Positions 11,093 to 29,490 of a stretch of DNA of 64,000 nucleotides are shown here, in pieces. The stretch lies in NCBI RefSeq assembly GCF_009914755.1, contig NC_060926.1. The stretch is one strand, 5' to 3'. The position numbers and the translations under genes are program-made. Numbering within the stretch: position 1 is the first letter of the stretch; each line of letters opens with the position of its first letter. Under the pieces are notes generated by a model. That model did not search any database. It worked only from the letters and a program-made list of their open reading frames with translations, and had not been told where the DNA came from. Source of the stretch: the human T2T-CHM13v2.0 reference genome, Homo sapiens.

Positions 11093-13789
11093 TGCCCACT
11101 TTTTAATGGAATTTTTTGTTGTTGTTTGAGTTCCTTGTGTATTCTGGATATTAGCCCCTTGTCAGATGAATATTTTGCAAATATTTTCTCCCATTCAACA
11201 TGTTGTATCTTCACTCTGCTGATTATTTCCTTTGCCATGCAGCTTTTTAGTTAGTATCTTCCCATTTGTCTACTTTTGTTGTCAATTTTGCCTGTGCTTT
11301 GAGGGTTTTAGTCATAAAATTTTTGCCTAGACCAGTGTCCTGGAGTGTTTCACCTATGTTTTCTTCTAGTAGTTTTATAGTTTGGGGTCTTAAATTTAAG
11401 TCTTTAATCCATTTTGATTTGATTTTTGTGTATGTTGAGAGATAGGGTTCTAGTTTCGTTCTTCTGCATATAGATATCCAATTTTCCCAGCACCACTTAT
11501 TGGAAAAGGTGACCTTTCTCACTGAATGTTCTTAGCACCTTTGTCAAACATCAGTTGGCTGTAAATATGTAGGTTTACTTTGGGTTTATCTTTATTCTGT
11601 TCCATTGATCTACATGTTTGTTTTTATACCAATACGATGCTCTCATTGTTACTATAGCCTTGTAGTATATTTTAAAGTCAGGCAGTGTGAAGCCCCTAGC
11701 TTTGTTCATTTTGCCTAGGATTTCTTTGGCTTTTCAGGCTCTTTTTTGGTTTCACATAAATTTTAGGGTTTTTTTTTCTAATTCTGTGAAAAATGTCATC
11801 ATATTTTAATAGGGATGCATTGACTCTGTAGATTACTTTGATTAGCATGATCATTTAAACAATATTAATGCTTCCAATCCCCAGGCCTTGGGTAGTGTGC
11901 TAGAGTGGGTGCAGTAGCAGTGCAGTGGGTGGGGAAAGCCTATTCTTAAAGTGCATGCAAACACAGAGCTGTTGAGGGGTCAGGGTTGCTATCGGTGATA
12001 GCCACCTCAGGCAGGCAGGTTTGAGGCTCTGAGGAGTACATACTTTGGCTCCCCTTTCCCCAGCATGCAGATCACTGTGTGGGCTAGAGTTCTGGGGACT
12101 CTGTTTTTCCAGTGAATCCAAGTAGCATTTCACCATTGCAGTCCTCTGGGTGGACTCAGGGGGATGCCAGTGGTGTGCTCCCAAGAGGCAGAGATGCAGA
12201 GGCTGTTGTACCCTGGGCTAGGATGCAGTTTGGTGGGGCTGGGCTCTCAAAATCGTGCTGTGCTGCCGCTGCCTGGAACTTTAGGAATGTGTGGGACCCA
12301 GTGTGAGCTCCTTCTCTAGGGCAATGATATTGTATAGACTCTGGGAGCTCTCTACTTCAGTCTCAAGGAGAGTCAAGGGACTCTCCTGTGGCTAGGGTTA
12401 TAGGAGCCTGAGGTGAGAATGTGGACTGCTGGAGATCCCTCTTATCCATTTCCCATGCTGGGGAACCTATCAAGGCTCTCAGGGGATCCCAGCTGGGCTG
12501 TCACTTGCCTGCTTCTCCTTCATTGCCTCAGGTGTTTCCTGTGACTTCTTTACTTATATGTTCTATTTAAAGTGTGACTATCTACTTGCTATTTTTGTTC
12601 TTTTTGCAGAAGTTCGTGTCCTGTACCTCTGGTCAGCCATCTTGAACCTCTCCCCTATAGTGTTTAAATTTTATGATGCTCTTTCCTGTTAGAATATCTC
12701 CTTTTGCTCTTAACTGTGGTTATGGGACATACCTTTTTGGTCTTTTGGTCCTTTGTAAACCCCATACAGACTGGCTAATTCCTGAAACCAGCTGCTGTAA
12801 AGCTACAAGCCACTAATAACAATCATAATTGTCTCTTCCTAGACTGGAAGATTCTGGTCAGTTAATTGTGTGGGTTAAATATCAGAAGGCTAGAGGTGAG
12901 CAGTAGTACCTCTGGTTGAAATTGGCAGTTTATATTGGCACTTTCTGGTTGAAAGTAGCACATTATATTTGGATTCCTGGGTTATTCTTGATACATTTGG
13001 ATAAGTTGCATACTGATTCTGAATGAGTGAATAGGTGGATGAGTGAGTGCAAAGATGCATACATGGACATCACTGTGCATTATTGTAACAATACATTGGC
13101 TTCTCAGTTTTCCAAGAATCCCTTGGTCCCATAGCTGAGCAGCTCTTATGAATTCTTCACGCATATATGCTACTTCTAGTCCTTTCCATAAGTAGAACTC
13201 CATGGAACAAATACCAAAACAATGACTACTCTACAGTTCCTTTCTGATCTAGGCTGGAGAATGTTTGTGTCAGATGTCTATCCCTTTAAAGCTGGGGGGA
13301 AGAAACTGAAAGAGAGGTGCAGAGGAAATGCCTCTCATTATGGGACCAATTTAATTTAAATGTCCAAATGAGCACCCTATATGCACCAATCCTTGGATAG
13401 GGCAGTGAATCAAACATGGACTTTCAAGGGTTCCAGAGTCTGATAGCAAAGACAGATATGTAAATATCATTATCAGTTAAACTGTATGACATTCCCTATA
13501 TTCAAATGTTTTGACCTACCAAAAGCAGCAATCTCTCATGGTTCAGCTCAATACATGTCAGTATGACAGCTAAGATAATAGAGGTGTGTGTACATCCAGC
13601 AGGGGTGCAGAGAGGGGAGAGGCAGGCAGAGTGAGGACTCTGGAAATTTTTTCAGGAGTTAAGACCTACAAAGCATTTTGGTGAATGATGGGGAAAATAG
13701 GGAGAAAAGGAAAGGGAGCGAATGAAAATTTTGGAAAATATAAAAGAATGTATTTCCTGAGGAGAGTGGCCTACATTGTTAAATTTGAT

Positions 13790-15877
13790 TTTGTTTTTAT
13801 GTTTAAATATTTAAAACATACCAAAAAGCTTAAAAAATAGTATGACCTCCCACATATTCAAAATAACGTTTTGAGAAAAAGGAATTTGCACATTTGCTTA
13901 AATTCCTTTTTCTTCATAAATCAAATGTAATAAGGGTAACACCACTATCTATCCTACTTGTCTCTCTCCTTTCCTATAGATGACCATCACAATAAAATTG
14001 GTGTGTATTTTTCTTATGCATTTTAAAAAACTTTCATTGCATATGCATATATTTATAATATAGAGTATGGTTTGATTGTTTTAAAATGTTATATAAACTG
14101 TCTCATACTGTACATATCCAATTGCATCTTGCTTTTGAGTTGCTAAACATCATGTTTTGAAAACTTATCCATGTTGATGCATGCAGATCTAGTTTATTCA
14201 GTTTACCTGCTGCATAGCATTCTGTTATTGGACTATATCATACTTTATCTATTAATAGCTATGTTCTTACTGATGGGTGGGCATCTACATTGTTATTACA
14301 ATACAAATAATACTCTACTTGTCTTCTTGTGGACAAGGGTGAAGATTTCTCTGGAGGACATTTCCAGAAGTAGAATTTTGATGTCAGCTTAATCAGATAT
14401 TAACAACTCGCATTCCAAAGGGTTTTTTTTGTCTTTATTAATTTATAGGTACATCTTATATATTCAGGATACTAACATTTTATATTTTATGTGTTGCAAA
14501 TATCTTCTGTCAGTCTGTGACCTTTTTTTTTTTGGGAGACAGAGTCTTGCTCTGTTGCCCAGGCTGGAGTGCAGTGGCACAATCTCGGCCCCTCTGCCTC
14601 CCAGGTTCAAGTGATTCTCCTGCCTTAGCTTCCCAAGTAGCTGGGACTACAGGCATGTGCCACTATGCCCAGCTAATTTTTGTATTTTTTTAGTAGAGAT
14701 GGTGTTTCACCATATGTTGGCCAGGCTGGTCTCAAACTCCTGACCTTAGGTAATCCGCCTCCCTTGTCCTCTCAAAGTGCTGGGATTACAGGCGTGAGCC
14801 ACCGTGCTCAGCTGTGACCTATCTTTTGACTTTATGGTATTTATTATTGTGCAAAAACTTTTAAGTTTAATGTCAAATTTCTCGATCTTTTTATTTTTGG
14901 GTATGCTTTTCATGTTATAGAAATCATTATTTATGTGAAAGTCATAATGTTGTATTTTTTTTTTTTTTACAAGTTTTAAAGGTTTGCTTTTCTCACTTAA
15001 GGTCTTTAATTCATCTGGAATTTTAGGTTTATATACATAATATGAGGGAGAAACCTAAGTCTTTCTTACATGAAAAGCCAATTGTTCCAATATCATTTAC
15101 TGATTAGTGTTTTACCAACTGATTTATCATGTCATGTCTACCATATATCTAGATCCCACCTATATGTGGATCTATTTCTGGTCTCTGTTTTGTTCCATTA
15201 ATCTGTTTGACAATCCTTGTGTGAATACCACACAATTTGAATTATTGTGCTTTGATAATAATTTTTGATATTATAAAGCAGACCCCTTTTAATAAGCCAT
15301 ATCATGAAGTGTGGTCCAGGTTTGAGGATGGGTAAGCAGAACTTCCAAAGCAGCCAAAGCAATGTAAAGGAAATGGACAGGTTTCTCCGCTGCTCTGTTT
15401 TATCTCATTGAACTATATCTGATGTTCACAGTTCTTGGTAGTCCTAACAGAGTAAGATGTCTTCTACATCTGATTAACCTAAAGCTGGGGGCATGAATAT
15501 ATGTCAATAATTCTACACTGATCTTGGGGTCTTGCTTGCTGGGAGTACTGGGGCAGTTGGTTTCCATCTGTACCTGTACCACATGATGTAGGAAGTTTCC
15601 CATTTATATCTATTTAGAGGCTTTCCTGGATTATATCTAGTCATGGTTGCTATATTCTTTCTCCTTTTCCCCTTCCTTCTCAAAAATTATTATGACTAAT
15701 CTTGGCTTTTAATTTTTTTATATAAAATTTAGGAACAGTATGTCAAGTTCTGTCTTACTGGGAGTTATCTGGAATTGCATAGAGTAATTTAGGAAGAATC
15801 AACTTTTTTGAGGTATTAGTCTTCCCATGTGTCAAAATGCCATAGACCTTCTTTAACTTAGGTCTTCTTTTCTGTCC
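13790..15877 (-). mobile_element. Ancient L1ME-like fragment (host, left part)
   Basis: Degenerate L1 3'UTR and ORF2 motifs such as 'atccatgttgatgcatgcagatctagtttattc' and 'ggtctttaattcatctggaatt'. Confidence 0.7.
14524..14812 (-). mobile_element. AluS
   Basis: Antisense Alu dimer with poly-T. TSD tgtgacct at 14516-14523 and 14813-14820. Confidence 0.95.
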
Positions 15878-15889
15878 TCCAGTTAAGTT

Positions 15890-22402
<6,513 letters not shown>

Positions 22403-22414
22403 TCCAGTTAAGTT

Positions 22415-25040
22415 TTATACTTTTTCCATAAAAGTTTGGCACATTAGAAAAGATTTATTTTTGGATACTTACTTTTTGTTACTATATAAGTGATATTTTT
22501 GCTTGTTCTAATGTTTATTCTAATTAGTTCTACTGCTTATTTCTTATATTATGTTGAATAAAGTGGTGACAATGGGCATCTGTCTCACTTCCCACTTTAA
22601 GAGAATGCTTCCAATGTTTTCACAGATATTTTTTGGTGGTAATACTCTGTCAGATTATAAATTTTTATGGAATTGCTTTCTCAACCTCTTCTCTGTCTGC
22701 AATCTCCGTGGTACTGTCTGGCTTCCTGCAATTCCCCTTTTCAGTCTTCCAGCCAAAAATCTAAGATTTATTTGGTCTGCTTTGCTACACACTTTTTATG
22801 ACTGCAATTGTGTCTGAGACCAAGTGGCTGGAGGATAGAGAAAGAGAAGCAGTAGGGATTCACCTCACCTTTTGAGACCACGGCTCCCCTGATTGAAAGG
22901 AAATTTCCCTTTCTTTAGAGTTTTAGCTGACAGTTGCTACTGTACCAAAGAAGCCTTTTTTTTTTATACTTCTAGAGCCCAAACTAGAGGTATTCTGCAT
23001 GAGCTTTTCTCTGCCCATGTCAATATCCACTTCTTGGTTTCAGGATGCCTTGAGACCAGGCTAAGGGATATGGAGGGAAAAAAATGATAAATTCACCACT
23101 GGTTGGGTGATTCTTAGAATTTCGTTCTTTTTTTTCCCTGTTCACCTGCTCCTATTTACTTCTCAGAATCCTCAAATAACTGCTCCATGCATTCTGTTCA
23201 AATTTTGTAGCTTCATTCAATAGGAGAGACAAGGCAGAGTTTATCTGTTTCGTCTTACCTAGAACAGAACCTACTGATCTTTTTAAACAAACAGTTTTTG
23301 GCTCAATCAACTTTATTCTTTCTTTGTTTCTTTTCTATTTAATTTCTGTTCTTAAAAACAAAATTCTCCATATACTGTTCTCTTTGGGCTTATCTTGCTG
23401 TTTCTCTACCACCAATCTTGAGTTGCAGACAGCCCAATTTTTGGTTTTTCCCCTCATAATATATAGATAAAATAATATATTATAAAATTTATTCTAAAAA
23501 CTAATTTGGATATATTTATTTTCATTTTAAGTTAGTTCTAATTAGTTCCTAGTTTCTATTTTTGTAGTTTTCTTTGACTCAAAAATATAAGTTTCAAACA
23601 AATAGCTTGCTATATTTTTGAAGATTGATTTCTAATTTTATTTTACTGTGGTTATATACTGTGATTTGTGTGAATTCAATTTTATATTATTTATTAAAAA
23701 TTTGTGATCCAGTTCATGTTCAATTTTTGAATTAATGTATGCTTGGAAGGAATGTGTACCCTTTAATTGTGAGTGGCAAGGTTCAACATATCACCATCAA
23801 ATTAAACTTATTAAAAATTCTCATACTCATTGAAACTACCCTGTATGATACTATAGTGGTAAATATATGTCATTATAAATTTGTCTAAACCCATAGAATG
23901 TACAACACCAAGATTGAACTTTAAGATAAACTATGGACTTTGAGTGATAGTGATGTGTCAATGTAGGTTCAGTTGTACCACTCTGGTGGAAGATATTGAG
24001 AATGGGGGAAGGCTATGCACATATAAAGTAGGGGATATATGAGAAATTGCTGTACCTTCTGCTCAATTTTTCTGAAAAACTAAAATTACTCTAAAAAATA
24101 AAGTGTATTAAACATAATTCTCACCATGCTGATTGTTAATTAATTCATTTCTCCTTGTAATTCTTTCAATTTTTAAAAGTACAGAACTATTATTACTGAT
24201 GAATGGTTACCTTTGTCATTATACAGTCTTATTTTAGTTTTACTATAACTAAATTTTTGTTAGTATTTGTCTTATATCTTATTAAATCTCCCTCCTTTCA
24301 ATGTTGATGAGCCATTATGCTTCAAGTGTATCTTGTAAATGACATGTATTTGGATTTAAAAAAAAATTATCCTGAGACTTTCTAATGGGCTAGTTTATTC
24401 TGTTTATACTCATTATTTCTGATATTTTTGGATTCATTTATACCATTTAATTTTATTTTCTATTTATGATCCTTTTCTTTTTGTGTATATTCTATTGTAT
24501 TGATTTTCTTTATTGTTTCTCTTTTCCCCCATCTATCATTTTGAAACTATATAATTGATTTATATTATTTTAGTGGATTCCCTTAAATTTTTAATATACT
24601 ATATTGATTTAACGAGGTAAAAAGAATCTCTATCTTTACCTATTTGCTAAAGAATATATGGGACTTAAAAAGCTTTAACTCTAGAAATCTCTCAATTCAT
24701 CCATGTATTCTATTTATATCTTATTTTTAACATCCCCTGCTCCCAAATTAGTCATTACTATTATCATTTAAAATAGATGTATCCATGTTGAGCCAACTGT
24801 CTTTGTTCCATATAGTTTTTTGTATAATATTGTTTCATTTAGGATCAAAGTACAACCTTAAATAGTTCTTTCAGAGTCTTTGAGTAATCAACTCTCTAAG
24901 TCTTTGCCTTTGTAAAAATATCTTTATTTCTTCTTTATTATAAGACATATTTACTGTTGGAAAATAACTTAGCTGGGTATAGAATTCCATGTTGAGAATT
25001 ATTTTCTCTTGGTATGTTGAATATGTTATTCCATAAAGTG
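22415..25040 (-). mobile_element. Ancient L1M fragments (host, right part; includes an L1 5'-end-like piece at about 22680-23272)
   Basis: L1ME-like ORF2 sequence resumes directly after the TSD. AT-rich degenerate L1 motifs continue to 'gctgggtatagaattc'. Confidence 0.6.
23830..24112 (+). mobile_element. L1MC-type 3' end fragment
   Basis: 'ctgtatgatactatagtggt...cccatagaatgtacaacaccaaga...aaactatggactttg...ctctaaaaaataaag'. Confidence 0.8.
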
Positions 25041-25805
25041 CTGGCTATCTTCTCCAAGTCTTCTCTACCTGAAGCCCACTCTGGACCTGCTAAGCCAGTA
25101 GAGTGCACCTTTTTCAGGGGTCCTAAACCTGTAGCAGCCTACTGAAAATCATATAACTTTCTCCCTAGAAAAATGGATAAAATAATGCCTACTAATTTGA
25201 GAGTTACAGATGCTCTTACGCTCATCTTAGCCTTCAGTTTAAGAACACTTGTAATAGGGCTTTCAAAGGTGGAAGATCTTTCCCAGTGAGAGACAGGCCC
25301 TACATCTTTCCATGTACAACTTTGGCCCTAAAGTTCCCACCCTGATGAGCAGAGTGATGGATCATGCGCTGAGAGAGCTGCTTTTGTCTTTCCAACCTAA
25401 GGCTTAGCTGAAAGAGACAGTAATGGAGACAAGAAGCTTATCCAATGTGAAATAAATTGCTAAACAGCTATCTGTGTAGAAGCTGGAGGTGAAATACAAG
25501 TTGCTATTCTGTCTGTATAACCATTGGTGGTTAGTGGTACAGCTACACTCACATGGTACACCACAAGAGGGGTATTCAAACAGACTTATCAACAGGAATT
25601 ATTTAGACGTCTCCATGTCAATTCAGTCAATAGAAGGTTCTTGTTAACCAGGCATTGGAGACTACAAAATAACATTGTGTGAGATTAGGAAGAGGCTACA
25701 GAACTGAGCAGAATCTTGCAATGGGGAGGTATGGGGGTCTTCATGGGTCATAAGCCCACTCTTTATTGCCCAAAGGAGAGCAAAACCTTTTTACCAGCTG
25801 ACCTC

Positions 25806-26217
25806 TGTATTAGTCTGTTCTCACATTGCTGTAAAAAAATACCTGAATCTAGGCAATTTATAAAGAAGAGAGGTTTAATTAGCTTGCAGTTCCACAGGCT
25901 GTAAAGGAAGCATAGCAGCTTCTGCTTCTGAGGAGGCTTCAAAAAACTTACAATCATGGTGGAAGGTGAACAGAAAGGAGACATGTCTTATATAGCCAGA
26001 GTGGGGACAAAAGAGAGAGTGGGGAGGTCTACACACTTTTAAACAACCACATGTCATTAGAACTTACTCTTGCGATGACAGCATCAAAGGAGGTTGGTGT
26101 TAAGCCATGACAAACCGCACCCATGATCCAATCGCCTCCCACCAGGCCCCACCTCCAACATTGGGGATTACATTTCAGCATGAGATTTGGGTGGGTACAC
26201 AGATCCGAACCATATTA
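25806..26217 (-). mobile_element. MSTA-like MaLR solo LTR
   Basis: 'tgtattagtctgttctcacattgct...gagatttgggtgggtacacagatccgaaccatatta'. TSD acctc / atctc. Confidence 0.9.
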
Positions 26218-27539
26218 ATCTCCTTCACATATTGAATAAGGTTATGAATAGGTAAGAACCATGTGAGAAATTCACAAGAAGATGTACAATTTTTTGATCT
26301 TCAATAAACTTTTATTTAACATCTGTTGTGACTGAGGTATGCCACTAGGTGCTGGGATGTAAGAGCTCACCTTAGAAAAAGATTTTTTTCCCCCAATACC
26401 CCTTCCATATTTTATAGGCCTGAAAAACAAAACATACCCGCTCCCAATGGCCACCCCCTCCCCCAATGACATGCACCCACAGTTAAGGATGTGTGGGTAT
26501 TTGTATACCTTGTAAAAAGAGTTGAGCTAAATTATAGCTCCCCATTTAAAAAACAGTGGTAGTCTAAAGCTGCAGAGTGCAAAATTCAGAGATTGCCATA
26601 GTAACTCTGCTTTTCCCAGGAAGTAATTGAAAAAAGGCACATTTTATAAAAATAGAATATTGATGTTCATATCTATAAAGGAATTAATTTACTGACTGAT
26701 AGAGGGGAAAGAAGAAAGATGAGCCATTGAGCTGCATTTTAATGTGATTGCGATTATCCCCAGGGTGGCAAGCAGCTTAAACTCGTTCTTTTATTTTTGC
26801 AGCAAAGAGCACTTTTCTTTTCAGCTTGGTTTGTGTATAGAAATAGTTTCCAGAAATATATAGAGTAATAAGGAATTAGAGAGCACATTTAGTAAAACAC
26901 TGAAAGGCTCCAATTTGTTTCTTGCCATTATCAGTCTGATGAATGTTAAAATTGCTTGGAGTATATTTAATCACTGTTCATGATTAGTACAGCAGCGATA
27001 CTATAGGAATAGCTGCAAATGTACCATTAGCAATTAGGGAATTCTGGTCTATCACAGGTGCCATCATGAGACCAAAGACAAACACATGAATGAAAAATGA
27101 TTAGGCTAGGAAATAATAATGATGATAATCATATTCTAGAAATACTATTTAGAGGGTTGACAGGATTTTGATGAAGACTTATATATGTGTATATTTTTAT
27201 ATATGTGGTGTAAATATATGACATAAATATTCCAGGGCCTGTTCTCTGGAAATTTTCTTCTAGAGAATTAGAATTATTCTCAAGGTAATTTTTTTAAATT
27301 TCCCAATCACATCCCAGCTGGCTAAAAAATGATCCAGTTGAAAGCATCTCAGATGGTGAACTCTTAGGCCTTATGGCAGGAATGGGGAGGAGAGTTTGAG
27401 GAGAGAGCCCTCCCTAGAGACCAGTGAGATCACACCCCTGGTAAGATTGGTTCTAGCTGGCAGGAAGTGAGAATAATGTGGTTTTTCTCTCAGAACAATT
27501 CTTAAACTAAAGGACTAGAACTTTAAAAGTTGAATTTCA

Positions 27540-27842
27540 GGCTGGGTGCAGTGGCTCATGCCTGTAATCCCAACACTTTGGGAGGCCGAGGTGGGTGGAT
27601 CATGAGGTCAGGAGTTCACAACCAGCCTGGCCAAGATGGTGAAACCTTGTCTCTACTAAAAATACAAAAATTAGCCTGGTGTGCTGGCGGGGACCTGTAA
27701 TCCCAGCTACTCAGGAGGCTGAGACAGAGAATTGCTTGAACCTGGGAGGCAGAGCTTGCAGTGAGCCGAGATCACGCCACTGCTCTGCACTCCAGCCTCG
27801 GTGACAGAGCAAGACTCTGTCTCAAAAAAAAAAAAAAAAAAA
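27540..27842 (+). mobile_element. AluS (Sg-like)
   Basis: Full dimer with poly-A. TSD gaatttca at 27532-27539 and 27843-27850. Confidence 0.95.
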
Positions 27843-27930
27843 GAATTTCAAGCATAGATACCCTGGCATGGGAGTTTTGGATGGATGGAGTTTTGGAGAG
27901 GCTGCACTGGGCTCTATTTAGGATTTATAT

Positions 27931-28260
27931 CTGTAATCATACACCATATAATGATGTTTTGGTTAATGACAGACCACATATATGACAGTGGTCCCTTAAG
28001 CTTATAATACCATATTTCTACTGTACCTTTTCTATGTTTAGATACATAAATACTATTGTGTTAAAATTGCCTATAATATTCAGTAGAGTAACATGCTTTA
28101 CAGGTCCATGGGCTAGGAGGAATAGGCTATATGATATAGCCTAGGTGTGTGGTAGGCTAGGTTTGTGTAAGTATATTCTATGATGTTCACACAAGGACAG
28201 AATTGCCTAATCATGCATTTCTCAGAATGTATGCCTATCTTTAAGTGATGCATGACTGTA
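27931..28260. mobile_element. Tigger3a-like TcMar MITE
   Basis: 'atgacagaccacatatatgacagtggtccc...gcatttctcagaatgtat...gatgcatgactgta', ending in a TA target. Confidence 0.85.
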
Positions 28261-28629
28261 TTATGATATTTCTTATGCTTTGGAACAACACTACTATTTT
28301 TCATTTATCTATTGCTTCCCCTACTAGGATATGAGCTCACAGAAGGAGGGAAGGATAGTGTCTTAATAATCTCTGAGGTCATAGGCCTGGCACAGTTCCT
28401 GGAATAGAGAGACAGAGTGGTAAATAAATGCCTGATTGATTGATTAAATGAATGAATTCAGTGAGGCAGACTTACATCCTCTTTTTTAGGGCCATCCTTG
28501 CTCCCTGGACATTGCCACTGGCTTGTCTGATATCACAGTCACCTTCACTGCTGCCATGATCCTTGATAGAATTTTACAATAAATTTCTTTTCTAAAAATG
28601 AAATTTCTTTTTTTTTTAGAAGAAATGAA

Positions 28630-28850
28630 AAGAGCCAATATTTATTGAATACTTGCTATAAGCCAGGCACTGGCCTGAGTACTTTATATGTCACTATGTA
28701 CCTTTAATCTTTTCCAAAAGCCTGGTAGAGTATTATTAATATCCCCACTTTTCAGAAAGGGAAACTGAGGTCCAGAAAGAATAAGTAACTTGGCTGAGAT
28801 TTTGTAACTGGCAAATGGCAGGGCCAGAATTAGAAATCGAGCAGTCTAGC
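28630..28850 (-). mobile_element. MIR
   Basis: Core 'atccccacttttcagaaagggaaactgagg...aagtaacttg'. Confidence 0.8.
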
Positions 28851-29254
28851 TTTCATTATTTTCCCCTTTGTTCTCAGGACACTGAGTATAAATGGAAATA
28901 AACCCAATTCTTAGATGTCAGAAATTAGGGTAAAGATATTTTCATCGTGGGCAAGGGCAGTAAGAAACAAAGATGCATTGCTAGATCACAGGAATAATTA
29001 TGTGGGGTCTTTGATAAAATCTGAAAACCTAGAAAGCATTTTCCAAGTATTAGAAAGCATTCATGTTTACATTGTTGGAATGAGATTGTAGCATCGCAGT
29101 GTAAGAAAGGCCTTGGATAATTCTCGATGGTGTGCCACTTAATGATAACTCACTATTGTTTTGAGCTTGCAGCTTTTAAAAATACTTTCATATCTTGCTT
29201 TGTTTGATCCTCACACCCGCTCTGAGATATTCAGTGCCGATAGGGCAGACATTA

Positions 29255-29490
29255 GAGATGCTCAGTATTCTGGCTTTCTTCTTTGGGCACAGGGTAGGTA
29301 CCTTTGAAATTGGGTCTGACTATATGAGCTGCTTTGGCCAAAGAAATGTGAGTGGAAATAACACATGACATTTCTAGGTGAAAGCCTTTGAAAAGTGACT
29401 CACCATGTTCTCTTTTTCCCTGCTACAATGATGAGCTATGTTCTGGATAGTGCAAGTTCATATGCTTGTGTGTTTAGAGGACTGATATGG
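29255..29490 (+). mobile_element. MLT1J-like MaLR LTR fragment
   Basis: 'gctttggccaaagaaatgtgagtggaa...caccatgttctctttttccctgc'. Confidence 0.65.

Larger units (their letters stand above)
7632..12657 (-). mobile_element. L1MA2-like L1 (host element): 3'UTR, ORF2 3' part and 5'UTR, interrupted by a younger L1 at about 8620-11092
   Basis: 3'UTR 'tgatcaagtcaaggtatttagg...ttctagctattttgaaat'. ORF2 remnant in ORF 11247-11522 (NKWCWENW...[13 protein letters not shown]). 5' end reverse-complements to 'ggagaggttcaagatggctgac'. TSD tagtgcataaatttt (7617-7631) vs tagtgtttaaatttt (12658-12672), 13/15 identical. Confidence 0.85.
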
